DNA from: Malacoraja senta
Lineage: Eukaryota
Length of the DNA stretch: 64,000 nucleotides
Reading direction: 5' to 3'
Assembly (NCBI GenBank): GCA_038087875.1
Contig: CM075980.1
Coordinates: forward strand, 18,414,001 to 18,478,000
Shown here piece after piece: positions 14,120 to 26,354 of the stretch (its first letter is position 1; each line of letters starts with the position of its first letter). The position numbers and the translations under genes were made by a program. The notes beneath the pieces were generated by a model. The model saw only the letters and a program-made list of their open reading frames with translations. It did no database searches and was not told the origin of the DNA.

Positions 14120-15025
14120 TGATGATATGAAGAGGTGGAGTGGCAAGTCTTGTTGAGAAAGCAGGGACTCTGCACAAGGACTTGGACAGGTGGGAGAATA
14201 GGCAAAGAAGTGGTAGATGGAATACAGCATACCAAAGTGTGGATTTATACATTCTGGTAGTAGGAATAAAAGTGTAGACTATTTTCTAAATGGGGAAAGA
14301 ATCGGAGGTGCAAAGGGACCTGGAAGTGCTGGTGCAGGATTCCCAAAAAGTCAATTTGCAAGTCGAATCGGTAGTAAGGAAGGCAAACATAAATGCCAGC
14401 ATTTATTTCAAGAGGACTATAATATAAAAACAGGGATGTAATGCTGAGGCTTTAAAAGGCGCTGGTCAGACCGCATTTGGATTATTGAGAGCAATTTTTG
14501 GCCCCATATCTGAGGAAGGATGTGTCGGCATTGAAGAGAGTCCAGAGGAGGTTTACAAGAATGATCAAATGAATGAGTGGGTTAACATATGATGAGCGTT
14601 TGACGGCACTGGGCCTCAACTTGCTGGAGTTTAGAAGAATGAGTGGGACCTCATTGAAACTTACCGAATAGTGAAAGGCCTGGATTGAGTGGATGTGGAG
14701 AGGATGTTTCCATTAGTGGGAGAGTCTAGGACTAGAGGTCATAGCCTCAGAATTAAAGGACATTACATTAGGAAGGAGATGAGGAGGAATTTCTTTAATC
14801 AGAGAGTGGTGAATCTGTGGAATTATTTGCCACAGAAGACTGTGGGGGCCAAGTCAATGGATATTTTTAAGGCAGAGACAGATAGATTCTTGATTAGGTG
14901 TCAGGGGTTATGGGGAGAAGTCAGGAGAATGGAGATATGAAGGGAAGATAGATCAGCTATGATTGAATGGCAGAGTAGACTTGATGGGCCAAATGGACAA
15001 ATCCTGCTCCTCTCACTGATGAACT
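14120..15025 (+). mobile_element. CR1-type LINE 3' fragment
   Basis: SRTRGHSLRIKG...RNFFNQRVVNLWNYLP in ORF 14689..14940, followed by the CR1 3' UTR. Confidence 0.85.
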
Positions 15026-15812
15026 CTGCACCCTGGAGTTAGGCATCAATACCTGGAACGTTACAGAAGGCAAAGCTGGAGGAAGTGCTTTGGCTTTTGC
15101 AGTAAAACAGTTAATAGTTCGAAATAACTCCAACCTTGAGGCATTTAAAAACTATTAAAATGAAACATTTACAAAATAAAGCTCACATTCGCTTTAATGA
15201 CAGGTTGGTACTTTGAGGAGGAAAGTGAAACCTAACATATCTTTCCTAATCCACTGGCCATGAATCTCCCTTGGAACACGTGGGATCTCCGAAGAGCGCG
15301 CGCGCTCCGTCCCCCTCTCTCTTTCTCTCTCTGTTCTCCAAGGTGTTACGCACCCCTCCTTCTCACCCACCCCCTGTCCCATATCCCAAAGCTGTTGATT
15401 GATAGATTAGTCGTCTATTTTAAATTAATCTCATGTGGATGGGTAGTAGGGAATCAGGATGGAGTTCACAGGCACCCAGGAGAAATTAGGTAACCAGGAA
15501 ATAAATGGGGAATGCAATGGTTCTCAGGGCTAGCATAAACAAAGGGCCAAAAGGCCTCCTTTTATGTCGTGAGGAAATATGAAGTAGTATACGAAAAATG
15601 CAGTAACATCAGTAACTCAGCAAGTAAGTCTCAGGCATATGGCACAGAGTATTTATTTCCAAAACCTGGTGCTTCCATAACAAGGATGGTTCACCTCATT
15701 CTTGTTTCCAATTGACTAAAATATATGGCACTGAATGCCTTAATAAAGCAGACCTTGGCAACTCTCAATACAAGTTTACCAGAATTAACATTGTTCAAAA
15801 GTAGTAGTATAC

Positions 15813-16093
15813 CTCTTTGTAACTCTGCGTTACAAGAACGGTAATTCCTTTGGCCATCGTGTATGCAACCCAGAGGCCTGAGATGGTGAAGCTAATCAGG
15901 TGCAGGAGTCCCCTTTTCCTTTTAAGATTGGAATTGTTTAGATCATCAATCTGCTTCAGTGCAACCGACTCCATCGTCAAGTAAATCACAATAAGAATAC
16001 ACGTTTTCATCGTACAAAATGCAGCAAGATCAAAAGTTGACTTCCAGAAGCACCACCTAATTACATCATTTTCCAAATAGTGAGAGCGGCCAC
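15813..16093 (-). CDS. ABCB half-transporter coding exon 2 (TMD0)
   Basis: gcttttcag|GT GGC CGC ... GAG|gtatac, 281 nt. Encodes GRSHYLENDVIRWCFWKSTFDLAAFCTMKTCILIV...YTMAKGITVLVTQSYKE, resembling the ABCB9 TMD0 (IRHFNIFDSVLDLWAACLYRSCLL, recalled). Confidence 0.85.
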
Positions 16094-16244
16094 CTGAAAA
16101 GCATTAATTTAAAAGTTAAAATTAAAAGCTGTCTGTGAAAATGAATAAAAGGTTATGCCACAGAACTGCCAATTAAAATAAATCTCATTATTTTTGTGAA
16201 GGATGATGCACTTAAGGTCATAAATTTAATACCCTTTCATAAAA

Positions 16245-16845
16245 CGCTTGCCTGTTTCGGTCAGGGCACTAAGTACAGGGGTTGGGATGTTGTGCCCAAT
16301 GTTGTTAAGCCACATTTGGAGTACCATGTACCGTTCTGGTCAGCCTGCTATTGGAAGGATGTCATTGAACAAGAAAGGGCACAAAAAAAATGTACAAAGA
16401 TATTATCGGGTCTGGAAGGCTCCAGTTATAAGGAGAGGCTGGATAGGATGGGTTTTTTTTTCCTTGGAGTGTAGGAGACAGAGGGATGTGCGTAAAAAGT
16501 TATATAAAATCATGCGGGGCATAGATAAGGCGAATAGGCAGTCTTTTCCCCCATTGCAAGGGAGCCTAAAACCATTGATTTAATGCAAGAGGGGGAAGAT
16601 TTAAAAACGGACCTGAGGGGCAACAGTTTTCACAAAGCAGGTGGTGCGGGTGCAACGAGCAGCCAGAGGTCGTGGCAGAGGTGGGTACAATTACAACAAT
16701 TTAAAGGACAGATAGAAAGGAAATGTTTGGATGGATATTGGCCAGGCACAGGCATATGGGGTCAGCACATTTGGCAACCTAGTCAGTATAGATGTGTTGG
16801 GATGAAGGCTTGTTCCCTTGTTGTATAGCTCCATGATTCTATGTT
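16245..16845 (+). mobile_element. Degraded CR1-type LINE 3' fragment
   Basis: VKPHLEYHVPFWS and SYKERLDRMG motifs. Confidence 0.75.
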
Positions 16846-17904
16846 CAAGAATAGTTAAGAAAAATCCTAATTAATTAATGAGACCATATGGATGCAATAA
16901 AGCAATACCCGACAGCCATCAATATATCTAATTTCGTGAGATTCTGCTTTGTGTCCTAGGATTTTTATCCACTCAAGTCTAACAGTTTCTAGTTTTGGTG
17001 AAAGGTCATTGGCCTGAAACCTTAACCATGCTTCTCTCGCAACAGATGCTGGTGATCTGCTGTGTCTTCTGTTTTCATGTTAGCCTCATCACCTGGGAAT
17101 GATACATTAACCCGAGGAATCTGCATCTGCTTTGGAAGCTTATTTAGTTAGCACTGATTAAGATTGAAAGTTAAGTTAAAGAGCATTTAACATTTCGTTA
17201 CATTACAACAACAGGGTCGAAAGTTCTTCTGCCCTGCCACATCCAGTCATGAAGAGTGATTAATAATTAAACAACTCAGGAAGAATAGTCCCATGAATGG
17301 CCCCTTATCGTCACTGATGAGCCAAAATACATGTCTAAAGGCTGTGGAGGCAAAGTCAATGGATATTTTTAAGGCGGAGATTGACAGATTCTTGATTAGT
17401 AGGATGTCAGGTTTATTTTTTTTTTTTTTTTATATTATATTTTTTCAATTTTTTAGGGGTTAAGAGAAGGCAGGAGAGTGGTGTTGAGAGGGATAGATCA
17501 GCCATGATTGAATAGCGGAGTAGACTTGATGGGCCAAATGGCCTAATTCTACTCCTATAACCTACGAACTTATGATAAAGACACAGCTGAGGCATTTGTA
17601 ATCATCTTCATCCGGAAGGGCAAGGTGGTTGATCATCTGAGGTTTTTTTCATACACACCAGAGTCTGCCTTTTGCCAATTTGATTAAAAGAAAATCTTGA
17701 TGTAGTGTATACAAAACAAGCCAACAGGCTTCAATATAATGTAGACACAAGAAACGGCAGATGTTATATGGAATGCTGAGCAAAACACAAACTGCTGGAG
17801 GCACTCAGCAGGTCAGGCAGCATCTGTGGGGGGAATGGACAGCTGATTTTTGCCTGTCCATTTCCTCTGCAGATGTTGCCTAGCCTTCATCATAATTCAG
17901 ATCC

Positions 17905-18340
17905 AGCCAATACTGACCTTTCTGCCCTGGGCCCCCTCCACTGTCAGAGCGAGGCCACGTGCAAATTGGAGGGACAGCACCTCATATTTCACTTAAGCAG
18001 CTTACAACCCAACAGTATGAACGTTGATTTTCCTAATTTCAAGTAACTCCTGTGAACATTTCCTCTCTTCCTCCTCCCTTTCCCCACCCCAGTCCTACCT
18101 GTTCCACTGTTTATATCCCTGAATCCCTCTTGTTATCACACCTTTGCCAATCGACAATGGGCCATTAGGTGCTCCACCCTTCCTGAGGCTGTCTGTTACC
18201 AGCCCTGATTTGTTCTGCCTTTCCATGCACCTAGTTTATTCCCTACCCCCACCCCCTAACTTTCAGTCTAAAGAAGGGTGTCTTTTCTCCAGAGATGCTG
18301 CCTAAACCACTGAGCTACACCCGCATTTTGTGTTTATCCT
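17905..18340 (+). mobile_element. Penelope-like element 3' fragment
   Basis: Remnant GIY-YIG C-terminus (KLEGQHLIFHLSSLQPNSMNVDF), then a pyrimidine-rich tail and the agatgctgc module. Confidence 0.65.
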
Positions 18341-19085
18341 GATCCAGCCTCACCTGATTAACAACAGCGAACCTGCTACCATCAACACGCTGGGGTCACT
18401 ACTGACCAGAAACTTAACTGGACCGGATATACAGTGACCACGGCAAGGGGAAGCTTGTGTATCGACTCAAATCTCTACACTGGCAACGTACAAGTTAGAG
18501 TATAATACACACATTCACAACTTACATGAGAATAATTCCTAAAATAACCAAGAGTCATCACCTAATCAAGGTCAAAGCAGCTCAGTGGATTGTCACACAA
18601 TTGACATCCTAAAACATTCATTCCATGCACCATAACACACTGTGGCCACAAATCGTAGAACCCATAAGGTGCATTGTCAATATTTTCCAAAACTTTCTTG
18701 ACACTATCTCACAAACCAGTGATCTCTCCCTACTGAAAGGACAAGGTGGCAAGCACATTGGAAAAATCACAATTTTCTCAACAGCACACACCTTGGAATC
18801 TTATTTATTCATAGCCACATTGCAGACATCTAACAATGGGGAGAATTCAATAATAAATTTCACAGTACCAATAACTTCAAAGAATCAAAGTGCTGGAGTA
18901 ACTCAGCAGTCAAGCATCCTAATGCTGCCTGACCTGCTGAATTACTCCAGCACTTTGTGCTTTTCTTTGTCAACCAGCATCTGTGGTTCCTTGTGTTCGC
19001 AGTGGCTCCAAGTAGTTAACCACCACCTTATAAAAAATAAACATAAGGCAGCCTTGCTCACAACACAAGAGGAAAATTGCATTAC

Positions 19086-19197
19086 CTAAAATCCAGAGTA
19101 CAATGGTAGATATTCCATCCACAAACAGAATAATATTAATAAGGGGGATGAATCTGACAGCTGGCAATCTGTAATGATATATACCATCTTGTGCCAT
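19086..19197 (-). CDS. ABCB half-transporter (ABCB9/TAP-like, with TMD0), first coding exon
   Basis: Acceptor ttattatttcccag at 19234; ATG in AAAATGG context at 19197. Encodes MAQDGIYHYRLPAVRFIPLINIILFVDGISTIVLWIL(G). Donor G|gtaat (phase 1) matches the next exon. Confidence 0.8.
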
Positions 19198-20384
19198 TTT
19201 TCCTGCCGTCGCTTCTGTTCTTATTGTACCAGTCTGGGAAATAATAACAAGAACATAAAACTCAACATCACACGATTCAACAAAAGTTTCCCAATTAAAA
19301 AGGGTGTGCAGATACACACCAAAAACATTTCAGGGTCAAAACCATAAATCAAGGAAATTTATCTTTTGTTATTTCACAAATCAACCAGTCACATGCAGCA
19401 AGATTTGTCCCGATATTAAACATGGGCTTTCTCAGACGCAACTTTTAACATCACAGCAAACACGGTACAGTGATAATGCAATTTTTGCTTCTGGTTTAAT
19501 TGTTTACTGTATTGCCAGAACTCCAAGAAATAAGTAATGATCTGCAGAAGAAGTGATTTGACAGAAAAATTTAAGAGTTCATTCCCATCCTCATGTTAAT
19601 TTGACGAGTTACACGCCATTACCATAGCAAATATTAGTGGCTTAATAATGAAAAGAAGCAAGTTCTAAAGATGAATGCTGCAACTCCAAATGCTGCTTCT
19701 TAGGCAAATTTTCTCACTGTATTCTGGCTGAACAGAACAAGACAAAACATAATCCTAATCAAATCTATTTGGAAAGGGACCAAAAATACCCTGATTGCAT
19801 TCTGTAGGTGATGCAGTGGACTTGAGGATAGACTATGAGACAAAGCAGAAAATACCACTTTAAGGGGCAAGAGACTTGTCAAAGATGGCAGTTTCTGAAA
19901 TAGCACATTGATAAAAAAATAGTCTTACGTTACTTAGACTCGCAAATATTAATTATTAAATTAACTATTGTACCCCAGGCAAAAAAAATCAATTAATTTA
20001 GCACCATTCACAACCGTAAGACACTGCAGACAAATGAGCTTTTGAAGAGCAGTCAGTTGTCAAAAAAGAAAATCAATGATTATTTCTGCTGATCTCCCTT
20101 TTCTGGACAACAGCCCACTATTCCCTAAAATCTGGAGACCCATCGATCGCACATTGAGGCCAGGAATCAGTGATGCAGAGGCAGGGGCACCGTGTTGGGG
20201 GGCAAGGAAACGACAGGGGCAGGGTGGTGGTGGGCGCAGGGTGGTGGACGGGGAGGCAGGGGCAAGACCAGAGGAGGGGTGAGGGGCAACAGGCAGACAA
20301 CCAAGGGAGGGATGGGATGGTGAGCAGGAGGACGACACGGGGGGGGGGGGGGGGGGAGTGGGTTGGTGCAACAGGGCAGCATTG

Positions 20385-20865
20385 GTTGGGGGTGAAGGTG
20401 GGGGCAGCATGGCAGCATTGTGGGTGAAGGTGGGGGCAACATGGCAGCATTGGGGGTGAAGGTGGGGGCAGCATGGCAGCATTGGGGTGAAGGTGGGGGC
20501 AGCATGGCAGCATTGGGGGCAGCATTGGGGGTGAAGGTGGGGGCAGCATCATGGCAGCATTGAGGGTGAAGGAGGGGGCAGCATGGCAGCATTGAGGGTG
20601 AAGGAGGGGACAACATGGCAGCATTGGGGGTGAAGGTGGGGGCAGCATGGCAGCATTGAGGGTGAAGGAGGGGGCAACATGGCAGCATTGGGGGTGAAGG
20701 TGGGGGCAGCATGGCAGCATTGAGGGTGAAGGTGGGGGCAGCATTGGGGGTGATGGTGGGACAGCGTGGCAGCATTGAGGGTGAAGGAGGGGGCAACATG
20801 GCAGCATTGGGGGTGAAGGTGGGGGCAGCATCATGGCAGCATTGAGGGTGAAGGAGGGGGCAACA
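20385..20865. repeat. G-rich minisatellite, ~32 bp unit GGCAGCATTGGGGGTGAAGGTGGGGGCAGCAT, about 14 copies
   Basis: Directly visible tandem units; explains the repetitive PPPSPPMLPCC ORFs. Confidence 0.95.
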
Positions 20866-20969
20866 AAGGACAAAAAGGAGAATTGTGGAGCGCAAGGGAA
20901 GGGGATGGCAAAGCGTAAGGGGGCAACAAGAGGACACAGGGGGCGGAGGAAGGAGGCGGAGGGAGAGAG

Positions 20970-21365
20970 AAGGGGGGTAGCGCCTGGCGGTAGAGGGTGC
21001 GACGAGGGGGCGGGGTGCCGGCTCTCATCACCTCTTCCCCACGGTCAGATGCGGCTCTCCCAGGGGTGGGGGGTGGGGGGGGGGGGGGTGCTGTCGACGG
21101 CCGCCCTTCAGACAGTCGTCCCCAGGCCCCGGTAGCCGGTACCGGCCCCGCTGCCTGTGTCTCTGTCACTGCTCCCTCACACACACGGGGCTGCACCGCC
21201 AGCTCCCGCTCCGCGTCCGTCAGCACCCTGGGCCGAATGCAAGCAAGATTATGGAGACGGTAAAGATGGATAATGGAGCAACCGCGAACGCCGCTCCGTG
21301 TCCGCCTCTCTCACCAGCAGCCGCCCTCGCCGCTGCTCCTGGGACTCAAACCGCCCGCGGGATGG
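20970..21365 (-). promoter_or_regulatory. CpG island, probable promoter and non-coding exon 1 of the ABCB gene
   Basis: Dense CpG in an AT-rich background, 2 kb upstream of the ATG exon. Candidate minus-strand donor CTGCTG|gtgaga at 21315/21314. The ATG exon has an acceptor, so an upstream exon is expected. Confidence 0.55.
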
Positions 21366-22080
21366 GGGAGGGGCTGGGGTGTGGGGGAGGGGCTTCATCT
21401 GTGGGGGAGGGGCTGGGGTGTGGGGGAGGGGCTTGTAACAGGGGAGGGGCTTCGAGTGTGGGGGGTCTCGGGGACAGGGGCGGGGCCCAGGGACCAGAGG
21501 GAGGGGCCTTTTGTGCCGGGGGCGGGTCTCCAAGTGCAGGAGTGGAGGCCCAGTGGTCGGGGTGCCAGGGGCAGGAGTCGGGGTGCCAGGGGCAGGGCTG
21601 GGGTCCAGGGGTCGGGGTGCCAGGAGTAAGGGTCGGGGTGCCAGGGGCAGGGGTGCCAGGGGCAGGGGTTGATGTGCCAGGGGCAGGGCTGGGGTCCAGG
21701 GGTCGGGGTGCCAGGAGTAAGGGTCTGGGTGCCAGGGGCAGGGGTGCCAGGAGTAGTGGTGGGACCCAAGGCCAGGGGTCGGTGTACCACTGTACCAGGG
21801 GTCGGGGGCCCAGGGGCAGGGGTCTGTGTACCAGGAGTAGTGGTCGTGGTACCAGGGGTAGGGGTCGGGATGTCAGGAGCAAGGGTCAGGGTGCCAGGAG
21901 TAGGGGTCGGGGTGCCAGGAGCAGGGGTCGGGGTACCAGGAGTAAGGTTCGGAGTACCAGCAGTAGTGGTGGGGCCCAGGGGCAGGGGTCTGTGTACCAG
22001 GAGTAGTGGTCGGGGTACCAGTAGGGGTCGGGATGCCAGGAGTAGGGGTCGGGGTACCAGGAGTAGGGGGTGGGGCTCCA
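21365..22080. repeat. G-rich tandem repeats (GGGGGAGGGGCT-type, then ~21 bp GGGGTGCCAGGAGTAGGGGTC-type)
   Basis: Directly visible degenerate tandem units upstream of the CpG island. Confidence 0.9.
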
Positions 22081-22120
22081 GTTGTAAGGGCCTAGCATCC
22101 GGTGCAGGGATGGGGCTCTG

Positions 22121-22366
22121 AGTTTAATTTAATTTAGAGATACAGCAGGGAAACAAGCCCTGCTTCCCACCGAGCCCGCACCAACCAGTGATCCCCGTGC
22201 ACGAGTTCAATCCTACACACACTAGAGACCATTTACAATTTCACAGAAGCCAATTAACCTAAAAACTTGTTTGTCTTTGGAGTGTGGGAGGAAACCTGAC
22301 GACCCGGAGAAAACCCACACGATCACAGGGAGAACGTACAAACTGTACAGACAGCATCTGTAGTCT
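22121..22366 (-). mobile_element. tRNA-head SINE, 5' truncated
   Basis: Same body and tail as 754-1046. Confidence 0.7.
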
Positions 22367-22954
22367 GAGCTTGCACAGGGTACAGAAGGAGCTCCATCTT
22401 GGTGCCAGGTGTGGAAGTAGGGTCTAATTTTACACCAGTTATCCCTTTTTTAATAATTGTAACTCGGATTTTCACTGTTGTCAATCTCACTGGCCTTTAG
22501 TTCTATGTTTTCTCTTCCACCCTTAAATGTTGTTGTTACATTTCATATTTTCCCAGACCTGCACTGGTATTTTGGAAGATGGCAGCCAGTGTGGACATTG
22601 CTAACTCATTCAAAATCTGGGGACGGGGGGGGGGGGGGTCATCAGGGCTTAAGGATTCTTCCTTCTTCCTTCATTCCATCTCGATAAACCCATTCTTTGA
22701 GATCAGGGCAACAAATGTAGGCATCTGAGCTCTGTCCCAATCCAGCAGCAAGATAACTTATATGGCAATTATGTGGCTAGTTGTGCTTTGCTGCGGTGGC
22801 CTTGTCTGGAAGATTGTCCATGTGCAAGCCTCTGCTACTAGCCAGCTGAAAGAAAACCTTATTTCCAGAGCACCTGAAAGTCTGCACCAGGGACTCTGAA
22901 CGTCCAGATTCCTATCACTTTGTAATTCTCCGTCCTGTTCCCATTTTAACCTCC

Positions 22955-23660
22955 AGTCAGTCAGTTGTGTGTGGGTGCAGGAGGTGGCACCAAAACAGTC
23001 ATCGATGTAGCGAAGGTAGAGGTCGGGGATGGGGATCCTGTACCCACACACAACTGAAACGATCGGTAAGAAGTCTATCACCTGCGATGGAGATAGTGAG
23101 GTCAAGGAATGGTAGGGAATACTGACTTCATCCGCTTCACCACCAACTTCCATCCGGCACTCAAATACACCTGGACCATTTCCGACACTTCCCTACCATT
23201 CCTTGACCTCACTATCTCCATCGCAGGTGATAGACTTCTTACCGATCGTTTCGCCGAACACCTCCGGTCGGTCCGCAATAACCAACCTGACCTCCCGGTG
23301 GCTCAGCACTTCAACTCCCCCTCCCATTCCGTATCTGACCTCTCTGTCCTGGGTCTCCTCCATGGCCACAGCGAGCAACACCGGAAATTGGAGGAAATGC
23401 ACCTCATAGTCTACATCCTGGGGGCATGAACATTGAATTCTCCCAATTCTGTTAGCCCTTGCTGTCCCCTCCCCTTCATCAGCCCTCTGGTTGTCTCCTC
23501 CCATCCCCTAGCCCTCGGGCTCCTCCTCCGCCTTTTTTCCTTTCTTCTCCCCATCCCCTATCAGTCTGAAGAAGGGTTTCAGCCCGAAACGTTGCCTATT
23601 TCCTTCGCTCCATAGATGCTGCTGCACCCGCTGAGTTTCTCCAGCATTTTTGTGTACCCT
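22955..23660 (+). mobile_element. Penelope-like retroelement, internally deleted, with an inverted 5' segment
   Basis: Minus piece encodes PDLYLRYIDDCFG (PLE RT catalytic motif). Plus piece LPFLDLTISIAGDRLLTD is fused to GIY-YIG C-terminal RFAEHLRSV...PVAQHFN...RKLEE. Confidence 0.88.
23563..23598 (+). ncRNA. Minimal type I hammerhead-ribozyme-like motif in a Penelope 3' region
   Basis: CTGAAGA-A-GGGTT-TC-AGCCC-GAAAC-GTT matches CUGANGA, stem II, GAAA and a minimal helix III. Confidence 0.5.
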
Positions 23661-24091
23661 CTATTTCACTTTGTTCTTTTGTTCTCTTTCTCTAACTATT
23701 GTTTGTTAATGTAATTGTTGCCTTGACACCTTTTGTCTGCAGTCAATCACAAACATTTCCTTTGTTCTCCTAATCTCACCCACCCTTCTCTGTAATTTAA
23801 AGCACACTTGTTCTTTGACTTTTCTTGTGATGAAGGCTCCTTAACGATATTCTGTTTAACAATATCCTTAATCCTGTTTCTCTTCACACTGATACTGTTT
23901 GATCAGCTGAATATCTTCTGTTTCTGCTTCTTATTTCCTGCATTTACACTTTTACATTCCAGAACTGCTACATTTAACCACCTTCACAGATCTGTAACCA
24001 ACCATATTATCTTATTATATTGTACTTATATGGGGTCTGAAGAAGGCTCTTGACCCCAAATGTAACCTATCCATGTTCTCCAGAGATGCTG

Positions 24092-24233
24092 GGGGTGGGA
24101 GATTGCAACCTTCACGTGGTCCGCCCCGTTTCGACGAATGCAATCAACCCGGCGTGCACAATCAAATAAGATCAAATAGAACAAGTTGTCCTACAACTTT
24201 AGGCTGTGCACACCATACGCAAGAAGAAGAAGA
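24092..24233 (+). mobile_element. Short non-LTR retroposon 3' end (RTE-like) with (AAG)n tail
   Basis: Perfect 10 bp TSD AGAGATGCTG at 24082-24091 and 24234-24243; inserted into a Penelope-derived repeat. Confidence 0.7.
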
Positions 24234-24530
24234 AGAGATGCTGCCTGACCCGCTGAGTTACTCCAGCACATTGTTTCCTTTGATCCTATTATTTGCCCAG
24301 TATGTTATATATACAGGTATATAATCTTCATAATATAACACTGGTGGGATAATCTATGTTCGGTTACTGCTGGAAATATTAAGATTTTTGCTAAATAGGA
24401 CTCAAAGTCTAGCTTAGTTTATTAATATTATTATTATCACGTGTATTGAGGTACAGTGGTATGCTTTTGTTTGCGTGCTATCCAGTCAGAGAAAAGACTA
24501 CACGTGAATATAATCAAGCCGTCCTCAGTG

Positions 24531-25396
24531 ACTTGAACATCCGGGGGCGCTGCATGATGGCTGCCTCTGCCTACAGTCTGTTTGTTTTTCTATGTTTTTT
24601 TATATTTAGTTTGTTTAAAATATGTTTTGGAGGATTTTTTAAAGTATTTTATGTGGGGGAGGGGGGTAGGGTAAGGGGGAAACTGTTTTTCAGTCACTTC
24701 CTGGCGAGGATGCGACTATTTTCCGAGTCACGCCCTCGGCCCTCTACCAACTGGATTGGCGCGGCCTTTCCTGCCGGGGACCGGTCCAGCGCTTCAGCAA
24801 TGGCGGCGCAGCGTTGGATACATCGCGGAACGGACGATGCCTCACCTGGGATCGCCGTTTGAAGCTCCGGAGTGTTGGGCCTGCTGCATCAACATCGCAG
24901 AGCTGTGGTTTGCAGAGCTCCCAGCGCGGGCGGCGCTGACCAACATCGCGGAGTCCTGGGACCCTTTGCCGAGGGCCGCCAGCGGTGAATCTCCGCCCAG
25001 CTCGGCCTGTGGACTTCGGGAGCCGTAGACTCCGGTAGGAAGTGGCCGATTCGGAGGTCCAAGCCGTTGAGGATGTTCTTCCGTTCCGACGTCGGAGTTC
25101 CATCATCCCGGCGAGAGGGCCGCCCGTAGCGGCGCCTGCGGGGGGCTCGGGAGGCCCCGACCACGGGGAAACATCAAAGAACATCAACGTGGAGGTTGAC
25201 TGAACCTTGGTGCCTTCCCTCACAGTGGGAAACTTTGATACCACAGTGGGGATGTTTATGTTATAGACTATCGTGTTCTGTGCTATTATTTTTTTTTATT
25301 CGTATGGCTGTATGGGGAAAAGCATTTTGTTGTCTCAGTACTTGTACTCTGCACAATGACAATAAAGTTGAATCAAATCAATCAAATCAAATCAAA
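24531..25396 (+). mobile_element. GC/CpG-rich non-autonomous retroposon with AATAAA and (AATCA)n tail
   Basis: Flanked by TCAGTG direct repeats, interrupts an older repeat, no convincing ORF. Confidence 0.6.
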
Positions 25397-26125
25397 TCAG
25401 TGCCCAGATAAAGGATAAAGTGTACACCCAGTACTGGAGTAACTCAGCAGGCCAGGCAGCATATCTGGAGAATATGGATAGGTGACGTTCTTTATAAATC
25501 CACTGTTTTGTTCATATTTATAAATTTTGTGCGTGATTGTATTTGTTTGGAAAGTTTGGATGACTAGTGTAATGATGGGATCCAGTCTTTGCATCATACA
25601 CCAGCACAGCCTGGCTAAATATATCGTGGAAAGGAATTCACGCTGCAGAAACCAATTCCTCTAGTCTGCAGTTTTGAGTGCTGGTACTATTCTGTGTACC
25701 ATTACGTTTAATCTGTTAACCAGATGTGATTTCACTTTTCATTCCACATCTGGTCTAAATTCATTAGTGACTGTGTCGGTCATAAAAAACCGAGCTTTTC
25801 GTGCCCATTATCAACTTGTCCATGAAAGAAAGCCCTCTGCTGGACACAAAGTTGCTGGATCTCCATTTACACAACGTTCAGTAAGTTAACATGCCGTTAC
25901 AGCAAATAATTAGGATGGCAAATTTTTAGTAATTGGAGTGTAGAGGATCGAGAGCTTTTTTGAAGCATATAAAATTCAGAGAGAGCTTGATGGGGATAGC
26001 TTACAACTCAACGGTATGAACATTGAATTCTCCAGTTTTAGTAACCAACTAACAAACATCCCAGATAGACACAAAAAGCTGGAGTAACTCAGCGGGTCAG
26101 ACAGCATCTCTGGAGAAATGGAATA

Positions 26126-26160
26126 GGTGACGTTTCGGGTCAAGACCCTTCTTCAGACTG
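26126..26160 (-). ncRNA. Minimal type I hammerhead-ribozyme-like motif
   Basis: Minus strand CAGT-CTGAAGA-A-GGGTC-TT-GACCC-GAAAC-GTC-ACC; core intact with a GUC cleavage triplet. Confidence 0.55.
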
Positions 26161-26354
26161 AGTCGGGAAAGGGAAACGAGTGATACAGCGATTATAGAGA
26201 GATACAGAACAAATGAATGAAAGATATGCAAAAAAGTAACGACGATAAAGGAAACAGGCCATTCTTAGCTGTGGGCTAGGTGACAATGCGAAGGACCTGT
26301 TTCCGCGCTGTATCTCTAAACTAAAACTAAACTAAAGAAGGCTTCCCCTAAACA

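Noticed and set aside
20060-22121. Long Pro/Cys-rich and Gly/Arg-rich ORFs (up to 256 aa)
   Set aside because: They are by-products of stop-free G-rich minisatellites, open in several frames on both strands.
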